Shown piece by piece: positions 8,338 through 15,158 of a stretch of DNA of 33,284 bases. Positions within the stretch are counted from its first letter, which is position 1. Every line of letters starts with the position of its first letter. The notes under the pieces are model-generated. The model was not told the DNA's origin. It ran no database searches and saw nothing but the letters and a program-made list of their open reading frames with translations. The stretch is from positions 1-33,284 of the IMG/VR virus record IMGVR_UViG_3300025277_000072; one strand, written 5' to 3'. The position numbers and the translations under genes are program-made. Source of the DNA: a virus (taxonomy: Duplodnaviria > Caudoviricetes).

Positions 8338-8531
8338 CTGTCACCTTCCTTCTCGATTCTTCGCTCAGTCGGCATCAAAGGCCCCAGCGAACCTTTCACA
8401 TCCCATTTCGTCCATGTCGCTTCGCCATGCTTGGGGCATGCCCACTCAGCCAGCTGGCAGTAACAGCAATGCACGCCTTCAACTATCACCCAACCCTGGG
8501 AATTGATTACCTTTCCATCTTCGCTAGCCAT
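8334..8531 (-). CDS. Small Cys-rich early protein
   Basis: 65-aa ORF, GGAGG RBS, CCYC....WACPKH. Confidence 0.65.
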   Translation of the reverse strand: MASEDGKVINSQGWVIVEGVHCCYCQLAEWACPKHGEATWTKWDVKGSLGPLMPTERRIEKEGDR

Positions 8532-8533
8532 CG

Positions 8534-8878
8534 TTATCCTCCTTCTTCTTCATGGGTGTATTCCTCAATGATTGTGTGACAATCACCACAGGCTAGGTAT
8601 TGGGTCGGGTTCTCAGCGAGGAAGCCCTCCTCAAATTCCTGCCACTCGTCAGTCGAGAACATCGGGTGTATCGGGTTGCCTTCGTTATCCAGTGTTGGGA
8701 ATTGTGGGTCATCCCATACACCGTGCTCGTCAACGTAGCGCGTGAAATTCATCTTCTGTACTTCTGCAAGTACAAGACGCGCTACGTTCCGTTTGGAATT
8801 AGACTCGTCACTAAACCGCTTGATAGTGCAGGCAATACAGTGAATGTCTGCCTCGTACGTGTACGCTATGATGTTCAT
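8534..8878 (-). CDS. Zinc-binding early protein
   Basis: AYTYEADIHCIAC...DNEGNPIHPMF..DEW...CGDC; GAGGAGG RBS. Confidence 0.75.
   Translation of the reverse strand: MNIIAYTYEADIHCIACTIKRFSDESNSKRNVARLVLAEVQKMNFTRYVDEHGVWDDPQFPTLDNEGNPIHPMFSTDEWQEFEEGFLAENPTQYLACGDCHTIIEEYTHEEEGG
8757..8774. repeat. 18-bp palindrome, copy 2 (intragenic): TGTACTTCTGCAAGTACA
   Basis: Read directly; lies inside ORF 8534..8878. Confidence 0.9.
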
Positions 8879-9048
8879 TCGTCCTCCTCGATGGTTTCAC
8901 CCATCTCAATTAGTTGCTCTCGACCGTTTCCCTTGTCATTTGCCCATCCGCAGTAGCACCGCGCCAACCCTTCGTGGTCGTCGCAGCCATAGCACACCTT
9001 CGCGCCACAGTAGTCGCTGAAGATATACTCATGCTTACACGTCGCCAT
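8875..9048 (-). CDS. 57-aa Cys-rich protein (not in the ORF track)
   Basis: MATCKHEYIFSDYCGAKVCYGCDDHEGLARCYCGW...EEDE; AGGAGG RBS; TGA overlaps the next ATG. Confidence 0.75.
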   Translation of the reverse strand: MATCKHEYIFSDYCGAKVCYGCDDHEGLARCYCGWANDKGNGREQLIEMGETIEEDE

Positions 9049-9049
9049 C

Positions 9050-9271
9050 TCAATCCTCCTTCCCGATGTCTAGGAGTATGGGCATCATGCGTTTGCACTC
9101 AAAACACGGCTCAGACTTGGGCACGTTGACCCCGTGCATCCGTCCGGCTCTCATTTCCTCTTGGCCTGTGTGGTTGGCCTGCACCATCGCTAGCGCATCG
9201 GGCAAGTCAATGCCCAACACGTGTTCGATAATGTGTTCCACATCCTCCAGAGTGAACAATTTCTCAGGCAT
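9050..9271 (-). CDS. Small hypothetical early protein
   Basis: Start ATG 9271 behind AAGGAGG; C-terminal H...PCFEC. Confidence 0.7.
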   Translation of the reverse strand: MPEKLFTLEDVEHIIEHVLGIDLPDALAMVQANHTGQEEMRAGRMHGVNVPKSEPCFECKRMMPILLDIGKED

Positions 9272-9533
9272 CGTTATCCTCCTTCTCAGGCTTGTTAATG
9301 GATAGCTTCCCATCTTCGTTAGCGTACGCTTCCAAGGCAACCAACTTTTCTACCATCATGGGAATTACCCCAAGGGCATAAGCTGTATGTCCTTGTTTAA
9401 GCTCGTCTATCGCTAAGTCACCAAGGAGTTGCCAGCTAGGCGGTTCCCATTTAATTTCCAACGGCTTCCTCTCTTCCAGCCACGCTTCGGTTAAGCGTGC
9501 ATTCAGGTCTTGGGCTTTGCATTTGAGCTTCAT
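9264..9533 (-). CDS. Small hypothetical early protein
   Basis: 89-aa ORF, AAGGAGG RBS directly after palindrome copy 3. Confidence 0.75.
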   Translation of the reverse strand: MKLKCKAQDLNARLTEAWLEERKPLEIKWEPPSWQLLGDLAIDELKQGHTAYALGVIPMMVEKLVALEAYANEDGKLSINKPEKEDNDA

Positions 9534-9548
9534 CAGTGCCTCCTTCCC

Positions 9549-9566
9549 TGTACTTCTACAAGTACA
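9549..9566. repeat. 18-bp palindrome, copy 3: TGTACTTCTACAAGTACA
   Basis: Read directly; 15 nt upstream of ATG 9533. Confidence 0.95.
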
Positions 9567-9595
9567 AGCTGTAATTCCCGTAGTTCAACGCAGTC

Positions 9596-9826
9596 TCATG
9601 CGCCCTCCTTTCTTTCCCACGGCCCTTGTATGACGTGCGAGAAATCGTAGAAGTAGTAAGACGGCCACGTGACGCCGTCGGTGGACTCGACGAGGTGTTT
9701 CTCGCACACATAGAGCAGGTTCACGCTCTTGTGACCGTCATGGAAGTCACGGGTGTACTGCCCTATGGTGCGAGACGCACGCTCAGGACACATGTAGTCA
9801 GGTATTTCACACAACATCGTCATCAC
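9596..9826 (-). CDS. Small zinc-finger early protein
   Basis: 76-aa ORF, C......C...VCEKH. Confidence 0.65.
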   Translation of the reverse strand: MMTMLCEIPDYMCPERASRTIGQYTRDFHDGHKSVNLLYVCEKHLVESTDGVTWPSYYFYDFSHVIQGPWERKEGA

Positions 9827-10266
9827 TACTGCTGTTCTATTTCTGACAGCAGTTCGTAGTAGAACGAGCCGTCGGCGAAGTGGAACACGCTTCCATCCTC
9901 GGCGACGTTATCGTTCAACCAGTCTTCTGCCTCCGTTATTGCCTCATCGTAGAACTCGTTGTCCGCAGGCAGTTCCTCGCCGGTCCAACCGTAGGATGTT
10001 GCCAAGTCTTGGACGGCCTCGCCTGTGAATCGACCGCGCACGTCCCCGTCGAACACAAGGCCGTGCGGTGGCGGCGTCCCATGAATCTGCGAAGCACAAC
10101 TGACATGGCTAATCAATTTCGAGACACACACTCGGTGTATATGGGTGGGAACGCGAACGTACTGTCGCGCACATTGGGCACGTTGCCCTGTTTCAATTTT
10201 CGCCTCACATAGGCAGCAATCCGTCGCGCCTGACCTCACGGTCTCGCGTTTGAAAACCCAGTGCAT
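9826..10266 (-). CDS. Two-part early protein: N-terminal zinc finger plus acidic C-terminal domain
   Basis: CCLC...HRVC, then DNEFYDEAITEAEDWLNDNVAED; AGGAGG RBS. Confidence 0.7.
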   Translation of the reverse strand: MHWVFKRETVRSGATDCCLCEAKIETGQRAQCARQYVRVPTHIHRVCVSKLISHVSCASQIHGTPPPHGLVFDGDVRGRFTGEAVQDLATSYGWTGEELPADNEFYDEAITEAEDWLNDNVAEDGSVFHFADGSFYYELLSEIEQQ

Positions 10267-10275
10267 TGTTTCCTC

Positions 10276-10434
10276 CTAGCTCGTTTCCTGATGGTATTCA
10301 CATTTGCCATTGGCTACGGCAGACTGGTCACAGAACCACATAATCCCAGTTGACCGTAGACGGCCTAACCGTAGAAGCCGGATTCCCTCATCCGTTAAGG
10401 GTCGCTTTACAATGACATCACACATTCTGGGCAT
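10276..10434 (-). CDS. 52-aa Cys/His protein (not in the ORF track)
   Basis: MPRMCDVIVKRP...WFCDQSAVANGKCEYHQETS; GAAGGGGG RBS; stop abuts the next RBS. Confidence 0.6.
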   Translation of the reverse strand: MPRMCDVIVKRPLTDEGIRLLRLGRLRSTGIMWFCDQSAVANGKCEYHQETS

Positions 10435-10461
10435 AACATCCCCCTTCGCAATAGCTGAGCC

Positions 10462-10479
10462 TGTACTTCTACAAGTACA
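10462..10479. repeat. 18-bp palindrome, copy 4: TGTACTTCTACAAGTACA
   Basis: Read directly; intergenic, 27 nt upstream of ATG 10434. Confidence 0.95.
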
Positions 10480-10482
10480 ACG

Positions 10483-10701
10483 TCAGCGTAAGGTGTTATC
10501 TGAAACTTTCAGAAGGTTAGCTCGTTTCCTGTAATTATCGACCATCGTTTTCCTTCTTTGCGATTCTTGCTCAGTATGTTCCCAATGACATCCGGTATTA
10601 AGATTCCGTTTGTCACAAGTCTCACGCACGTTCTTGCCACCACGATACGCGAAGAACGTCTTACCGCAACCGTGACATCTGACTTTAACCCGTTGTTCCA
10701 T
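10483..10701 (-). CDS. Small basic zinc-finger early protein
   Basis: Start ATG 10701 behind GAGAGG; CHGCGKTF...TC.......C. Confidence 0.7.
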   Translation of the reverse strand: MEQRVKVRCHGCGKTFFAYRGGKNVRETCDKRNLNTGCHWEHTEQESQRRKTMVDNYRKRANLLKVSDNTLR

Positions 10702-10725
10702 TGTTTCCTCTCGCAATAACTAACT

Positions 10726-10743
10726 TGTACTTCTACAAGTACA
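10726..10743. repeat. 18-bp palindrome, copy 5: TGTACTTCTACAAGTACA (extends to CTTGTACTT-CTAC-AAGTACAAG)
   Basis: Read directly; 24 nt upstream of ATG 10701. Confidence 0.95.
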
Positions 10744-10812
10744 AGGCGGTAACAATAAATTCACATAGGCGCTCACTTTCTGGAATGCAACAATGCAAAC
10801 CATACGCAATTG

Positions 10813-10843
10813 AAAACACCCGATACGTTATGCATCGGGTGTT
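10813..10843 (-). terminator. Intrinsic terminator after the first early gene
   Basis: Minus strand AACACCCGAT-gcataacgt-ATCGGGTGTT-TT: 10-bp perfect stem ending in a short U-tract. Confidence 0.7.
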
Positions 10844-10912
10844 GGGAGTAGTTGGCGCGTTGTTGTGACACACACAGATTGATTGATTGCTGATAACGTC
10901 GATATTAGGTAT

Positions 10913-11749
10913 TTATTCTTCGTCTTTGATACTCAGGAAGCGGTCATGAAAGTCACATCGTAGCAATCGAATATAATCATTCACGCTCTCATGCTTGACG
11001 CGTATCCCATAGGGCGCCGCGTCGGTCAGTGGGCAGTCAGGCTCGCATACCAGAATGACCGTCGACTTCTTTGTGTCCACTTCCGATTTGGGAGTGTAGG
11101 CGGGAACATACATTCCCGCTAGCGTCTTTAGGTGTTCCTGAATCGCTTCGCCCTTTGCCCATTTCTCAAGACCTTTTGTGCCCCGATAATGACCTATGCG
11201 ACTTTCAGGTTCCACGCCTATTGCCTGTAGGTCACGCTTGAAGTCGGGAGTTAGTTTCCCGCCTGTATCAGCGCTTGAGCGAGCCTTTAAGGTGTTACCC
11301 CTGTAAACCAACTCTAACCCAGTCGCGACAATGTGAGCGCAAACGGTTGTCCAGTTTTCACCTTTGACCGCTTTTGCGTAATCCTCATGCCCTACCCAAA
11401 GATAAAGCACATGTGCGTGTTCAATGTCAGGTTTGCCTATACTGACAATGTTCGCTTGACGCCTGTTAGGCTGACTATTCACTACCAGTCGCACGCTGAT
11501 TGGTGACTTGAAGTCTTTTGCGCGCAATTCAGGCATCCGGTCGATTCCGGCTTTCATGATGCTGACAAAAGCCTCATGATACTTCGACTCCACGCCGTTA
11601 GCGCTCAAGTCGATTAAGTCGGAAAGTTTACCTTGCTTGATTACAGGCGCCGGTACAGGCGCCGGTGCTCCGTCGACGTCTTTGTTAACGTCGATTGCCT
11701 TGGTAGACTGACCGGTTTTCTTTGTCTTGTCAGGTGTCTTCGTTGTCAT
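10913..11749 (-). CDS. First early gene; SprT-like architecture with C-terminal zinc ribbon but no HExxH
   Basis: Start ATG 11749 behind GGAGAG; FKRDLQAIGV, KKSTVILVCEPDC...IRV...LRCDFH. Confidence 0.55.
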   Translation of the reverse strand: MTTKTPDKTKKTGQSTKAIDVNKDVDGAPAPVPAPVIKQGKLSDLIDLSANGVESKYHEAFVSIMKAGIDRMPELRAKDFKSPISVRLVVNSQPNRRQANIVSIGKPDIEHAHVLYLWVGHEDYAKAVKGENWTTVCAHIVATGLELVYRGNTLKARSSADTGGKLTPDFKRDLQAIGVEPESRIGHYRGTKGLEKWAKGEAIQEHLKTLAGMYVPAYTPKSEVDTKKSTVILVCEPDCPLTDAAPYGIRVKHESVNDYIRLLRCDFHDRFLSIKDEE

Positions 11750-11768
11750 GGTGTCCACTCTCCATAGT

Positions 11769-11786
11769 TGTACTTCTACAAGTACA
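11769..11786. repeat. 18-bp palindrome, copy 6: TGTACTTCTACAAGTACA
   Basis: Read directly; 19 nt upstream of ATG 11749. Confidence 0.95.
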
Positions 11787-11844
11787 GCGTGTGTGCCACA
11801 ACAACGCGTCGACTCAATATTCAGTTGGTAAAGTGCGTGACCGG

Positions 11845-11874
11845 AGTATCGCACGACTGATATAGATGTGTCAA
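11845..11874 (-). promoter_or_regulatory. Early sigma70-type promoter
   Basis: Minus strand TTGACA (11874-11869), 18 nt, extended -10 TGc-GATACT (11850-11845). Confidence 0.7.
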
Positions 11875-12028
11875 GCGTAACAATCAATACGCCAAACGGG
11901 ATAAATGTGGGTAAGTCTGACAGTGGGATTGTATCTGGAAAGATACCAGATACCAACCACAGTAAATTTCCAAATTGTGACGCCTGACATTCTATACTTC
12001 TATACTTACAATTCCCGACTGTCCAGCA

Positions 12029-12179
12029 GCGTCACGGCTTGAGAGCCTCATGACTTGAGAGCCTCATGACTTGAGAGCCTGACATCTTGAGAGCCTGACA
12101 TCTTGAGAGCCTCACGACTTGAGGCGTCACGACTTGAGGCGTCACGGCTTGAGAGCCTGGCGGCTTGAGAGCGTCACGA
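12029..12179. repeat. Tandem array of nine 15-16-bp units, core CTTGAG(A)GC
   Basis: CTTGAG starts at 12038, 12054, 12070, 12086, 12102, 12118, 12133, 12148 and 12164. Confidence 0.95.
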
Positions 12180-12252
12180 GTGGGGCATTACGCTATGAGG
12201 ATGAAGTTTGAAAGACAAGGAATCAAGCTAAAAGGAGAGAGCATTACGCGAC

Positions 12253-12585
12253 GGGTGGGGGGTGGGGGGTGAAGGATAGATGACGATGAGAGCTAGGAGG
12301 TGATGGGTGGTGGTAGATGGTGATGGGAGATAGCAGTGGCGTCAAGGGGTTGGGGTGTATGTGATGGGTGGAGTGGTGATGGGTGGTCAGGGGTTAGAGG
12401 GTGATAGCTGTAAGGGTTAGTAGATGGTAGGGGCTCAGGGATGTTGGGTGTTGTCGGTGGGTGTGGGTGTTAGGGTATGAAGATGGGGGTGTATGTATGG
12501 ATGTGATAGGGTCTGAGGCGTATGAGGTTGGCTGTAGAGGGGCGTTAGGGTGTAGTAAGGTGTTAGGGGTCAGGAGGGGGGTATG
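12253..12585 (+). other. Non-coding G/T-rich, C-depleted tract
   Basis: About 15 C in 333 nt by hand count; many GGG runs; no ORF. Confidence 0.9.
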
Positions 12586-12680
12586 TCTTAGGTCTTGTGG
12601 TTGTTTGGTGAGGATACCCCTCTACGTTTTATTTTATTAAAAGGCTTGTCTGTATGACGTTTAGGCTCACTGTCTCTAGC

Positions 12681-12944
12681 GGGAAAAAATTGCGGGTTCT
12701 GGGCAGAGAACCCAGGGCAAGTAATTTTTTTCCCTGGTGGAGTTAAAAATAATCCTTCGATTTATAAATAAATTGGCAGATTATTTTTAGTTTCTGGGTC
12801 ACCGTTATAACGTATTATGTAATGTTGGTAAGTGTAAAAGATAATAGTTCTCCGGCTATTAGAGCCTGCGCCTATTATTTTTACATTAGTATGTACTGTC
12901 GTTATAACGTATAAGACTTATAGACTTATAAGTTCCTTATAACG
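12681..12944. repeat. AT-rich cluster of three long inverted repeats plus CGTTATAACG palindromes
   Basis: Arms at 12681-12734, 12744-12789 and 12833-12885; CGTTATAACG at 12803 and 12900, TTATAACG again at 12937. Confidence 0.8.
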
Positions 12945-13084
12945 CGCGCCCGCGCGGGGGTTATTGCAATTTAGGTATTTGGGGTTAGGGGGGACGGGTT
13001 GAAGCATGCCCATCCCCCCTGAAGGAGGAGGTGAGGGTCCCGAGATTTAATTATGGGAGGAGGACTCTCGGGCCCAGCACTATC

Positions 13085-13113
13085 TTGATTATACAACTGT
13101 CTTGGTGTATTGT
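13085..13113 (+). promoter_or_regulatory. Candidate promoter of the packaging/structural operon
   Basis: TTGATT, 17 nt, TATTGT, about 20 nt before ATG 13133 with AGGAGAGG RBS. Confidence 0.55.
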
Positions 13114-13132
13114 CGTGGGGTAGGAGAGGATT

Positions 13133-13318
13133 ATGAACGCTTGGGAGGGTCTAAGTCAGTTTTTCGGGCGAATCCGCCCCCAGATATTCCTTTCGTTGTT
13201 AATCCTTGGATTAGTTGCCTACGTCAGTATTATGGAGAACTTGAACGAAGTGGCTGTTGGGTGTATCGCGGGAATAATAGCGTTATCGAAAGACGTGTTG
13301 AATCAGGGGGATGACTGA
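13133..13318 (+). CDS. Small two-TM membrane protein, holin-like
   Basis: IRPQIFLSLLILGLVAYVSI and VAVGCIAGIIALS hydrophobic segments; TGATG coupling to terS. Confidence 0.6.
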   Translation: MNAWEGLSQFFGRIRPQIFLSLLILGLVAYVSIMENLNEVAVGCIAGIIALSKDVLNQGDD

Positions 13319-13836
13319 TGTGCGCGGAGCTACGGGTAGGGGTTGGGAATCCGTCCAAGGAAACTGAGCGCAAGCAGGAGCTATTCCTCAAAGCGTATCG
13401 AAAGTTCGGCACGAAGACCAAGTCTGCGAGGGCGGCGAAGATTGAGCCTTCGAGGGTTAGCTCTTGGCGCCGGACGGACATGTTGTTTCTGGAGAGGATG
13501 AAAGAGGCGGAAGAGGCGTACAACGACGGTCTTGAGGAGATACTTAACGACCTGATTGCCGAGCAGCATAAGAACCTCGATTACAAGTCCAACCCGACGT
13601 TATTGATATTCAAGATGAACGGGGCGATGCCGTGGAAGTACAAGGGCGTCACTCCAGCGTCTACCGAGGCGAAGGACGTTCTCTCGGAGTTCCGAAAGGC
13701 GATGCGAGAGTTTCGCGGCCATCCTTCGGCCCCTCCGCCTATGGTGGACGAAGAAGAAAAGAGCGCGTTGGAACAGGCCCGACTTATTGTCCAGGGCAGG
13801 TTTGGTGCCTTGAATGACTCAGAAGACAGCGCATGA
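13318..13836 (+). CDS. terS: Terminase small subunit
   Basis: HTH KQELFLKAYRKFGTKTKSARAAKI...SWRRTD..F, then LLIFKMNGAMPWKY; immediately precedes terL. Confidence 0.8.
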   Translation: MCAELRVGVGNPSKETERKQELFLKAYRKFGTKTKSARAAKIEPSRVSSWRRTDMLFLERMKEAEEAYNDGLEEILNDLIAEQHKNLDYKSNPTLLIFKMNGAMPWKYKGVTPASTEAKDVLSEFRKAMREFRGHPSAPPPMVDEEEKSALEQARLIVQGRFGALNDSEDSA

Positions 13837-15157
13837 CGTTCTAGAGTATCTCTACGACCGTGTGGGCTTTGTGCCCACGGCGGCGCAGACGCCCATAATG
13901 GCTTCTCGCAAGCGGTTCGTTCTCGTTGCCGGGGGCGAGCAGGCAGGGAAGAGTCTCATGGCGTCGAAGTTCCTTCTCGGCCGCATGTTCGAGGTGGCGG
14001 ACGCGGGTCTTTACTGGCTCGTCGCGGCGGACTACGAGCGCACCAGGGCCGAGTTCGAGTACCTCGTCGAGGACTTCGCCAATCTCGGGGTTCTCAGAGA
14101 GGCGTCCAAGCGCGTCGACCCCGGCAGGATAATCCTGGCGGACGGAACGCGCATCGAGACCAAGAGCGCGAAAGACCCGAGAACGCTGGCCATGAGGGCG
14201 CCCGACGGGATAGTGGGATGCGAAGCGTCTCAGCTGGACCTCGACACCTTCTACCGCCTGCGGGGCAGATGCGCCCCGAAGCGCGGGTGGATGTTTCTCT
14301 CGGGAACGTTCGAGGGGTCTCTTGGCTGGTATCCGCAGATGCACATGTCCTGGTCAATGGCAACGGACGAGGAGGAGAGCTTCTCCCTTCCGAGCTATTC
14401 CAACACCCACCTCTATCCCGAGGGGGTTAACGACCCCGAAATCCAGCGCCTCAAGCGCGGCTCCTCAGACGACTTCTTCCTCGAACGAATAGAGGGCATT
14501 CCCTCTCCCCCCGTGGGTCTGGTGTTTCCAGAGTTCAGGGCGGACCTTCACGTTGCCGACACCTCGTGGGAGGTGGGCAGTCCCGTTCACCTGTGGATGG
14601 ACCCGGGATACGCCGGGGCTTACGCCGTTGCGGCGGTGCAGGTGCGCTCGGACACAATTCACGTGATAGACGAGGTCTACGAACAGGGAATGGTCACCGA
14701 GGAGATTATCGACGTTTGCAGGGGCCGTCCCTGGTGGAAGGACGTGGCGCACGGAGTGATAGATGTAGCGGGGTATCAGCATCAGGCAATGGCCGCTCCT
14801 GCGGAGATTTGGCTCAAGGAAACGGGGCTTTACCTCTCGTCCCAAAGAGTCCTCATTAACGACGGGACCGAACGCCTAAAGAGCTTCCTCAAGCCCGACC
14901 CCATTACCCACGAATCAAGGGTCAAGGTCAGCCCCAAGTGCGCGGGGCTTCTCTCGGAGTTCGGCGCTGTCCCCAGCCCCTTCGACGGACAGACCCGTGC
15001 GTACCGCTGGAAGATGGACCGTGACGGCAACATTGTGGGCACAACGCCGGACGACAAGAATAATCATGGCATTAAGGCGCTCATTTACGGTATAGTCGAC
15101 AAGTACGGTTACGGTTACGTGCGCGGACAGGACAGAATCGCCGTAAAGAGGTGGTAG
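13814..15157 (+). CDS. terL: Terminase large subunit
   Basis: AQ..I..SRKRFVLVAGGEQAGKS, WLVA..Y, GIVGCEA, LSGTFEG coupling motif, nuclease WMDPGY, VIDEVY, DKNNH..ALIY. Confidence 0.93.
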   Translation: MTQKTAHDVLEYLYDRVGFVPTAAQTPIMASRKRFVLVAGGEQAGKSLMASKFLLGRMFEVADAGLYWLVAADYERTRAEFEYLVEDFANLGVLREASKRVDPGRIILADGTRIETKSAKDPRTLAMRAPDGIVGCEASQLDLDTFYRLRGRCAPKRGWMFLSGTFEGSLGWYPQMHMSWSMATDEEESFSLPSYSNTHLYPEGVNDPEIQRLKRGSSDDFFLERIEGIPSPPVGLVFPEFRADLHVADTSWEVGSPVHLWMDPGYAGAYAVAAVQVRSDTIHVIDEVYEQGMVTEEIIDVCRGRPWWKDVAHGVIDVAGYQHQAMAAPAEIWLKETGLYLSSQRVLINDGTERLKSFLKPDPITHESRVKVSPKCAGLLSEFGAVPSPFDGQTRAYRWKMDRDGNIVGTTPDDKNNHGIKALIYGIVDKYGYGYVRGQDRIAVKRW

Positions 15158-15158
15158 T

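Noticed and set aside
11750-11956. N-terminal extension of the tracked 347-aa ORF
   Set aside because: It spans the predicted promoter and palindrome; the RBS supports ATG 11749
12029-12179. CRISPR array
   Set aside because: Units are 15-16 bp head-to-tail with no unique spacers, and there is no cas operon; the Cas4-like gene is an ordinary phage exonuclease
12660-13080. tRNA or known ribozyme among the intergenic hairpins
   Set aside because: No cloverleaf, T-loop or hammerhead core recognised by eye; a covariance search would be needed to exclude this fully
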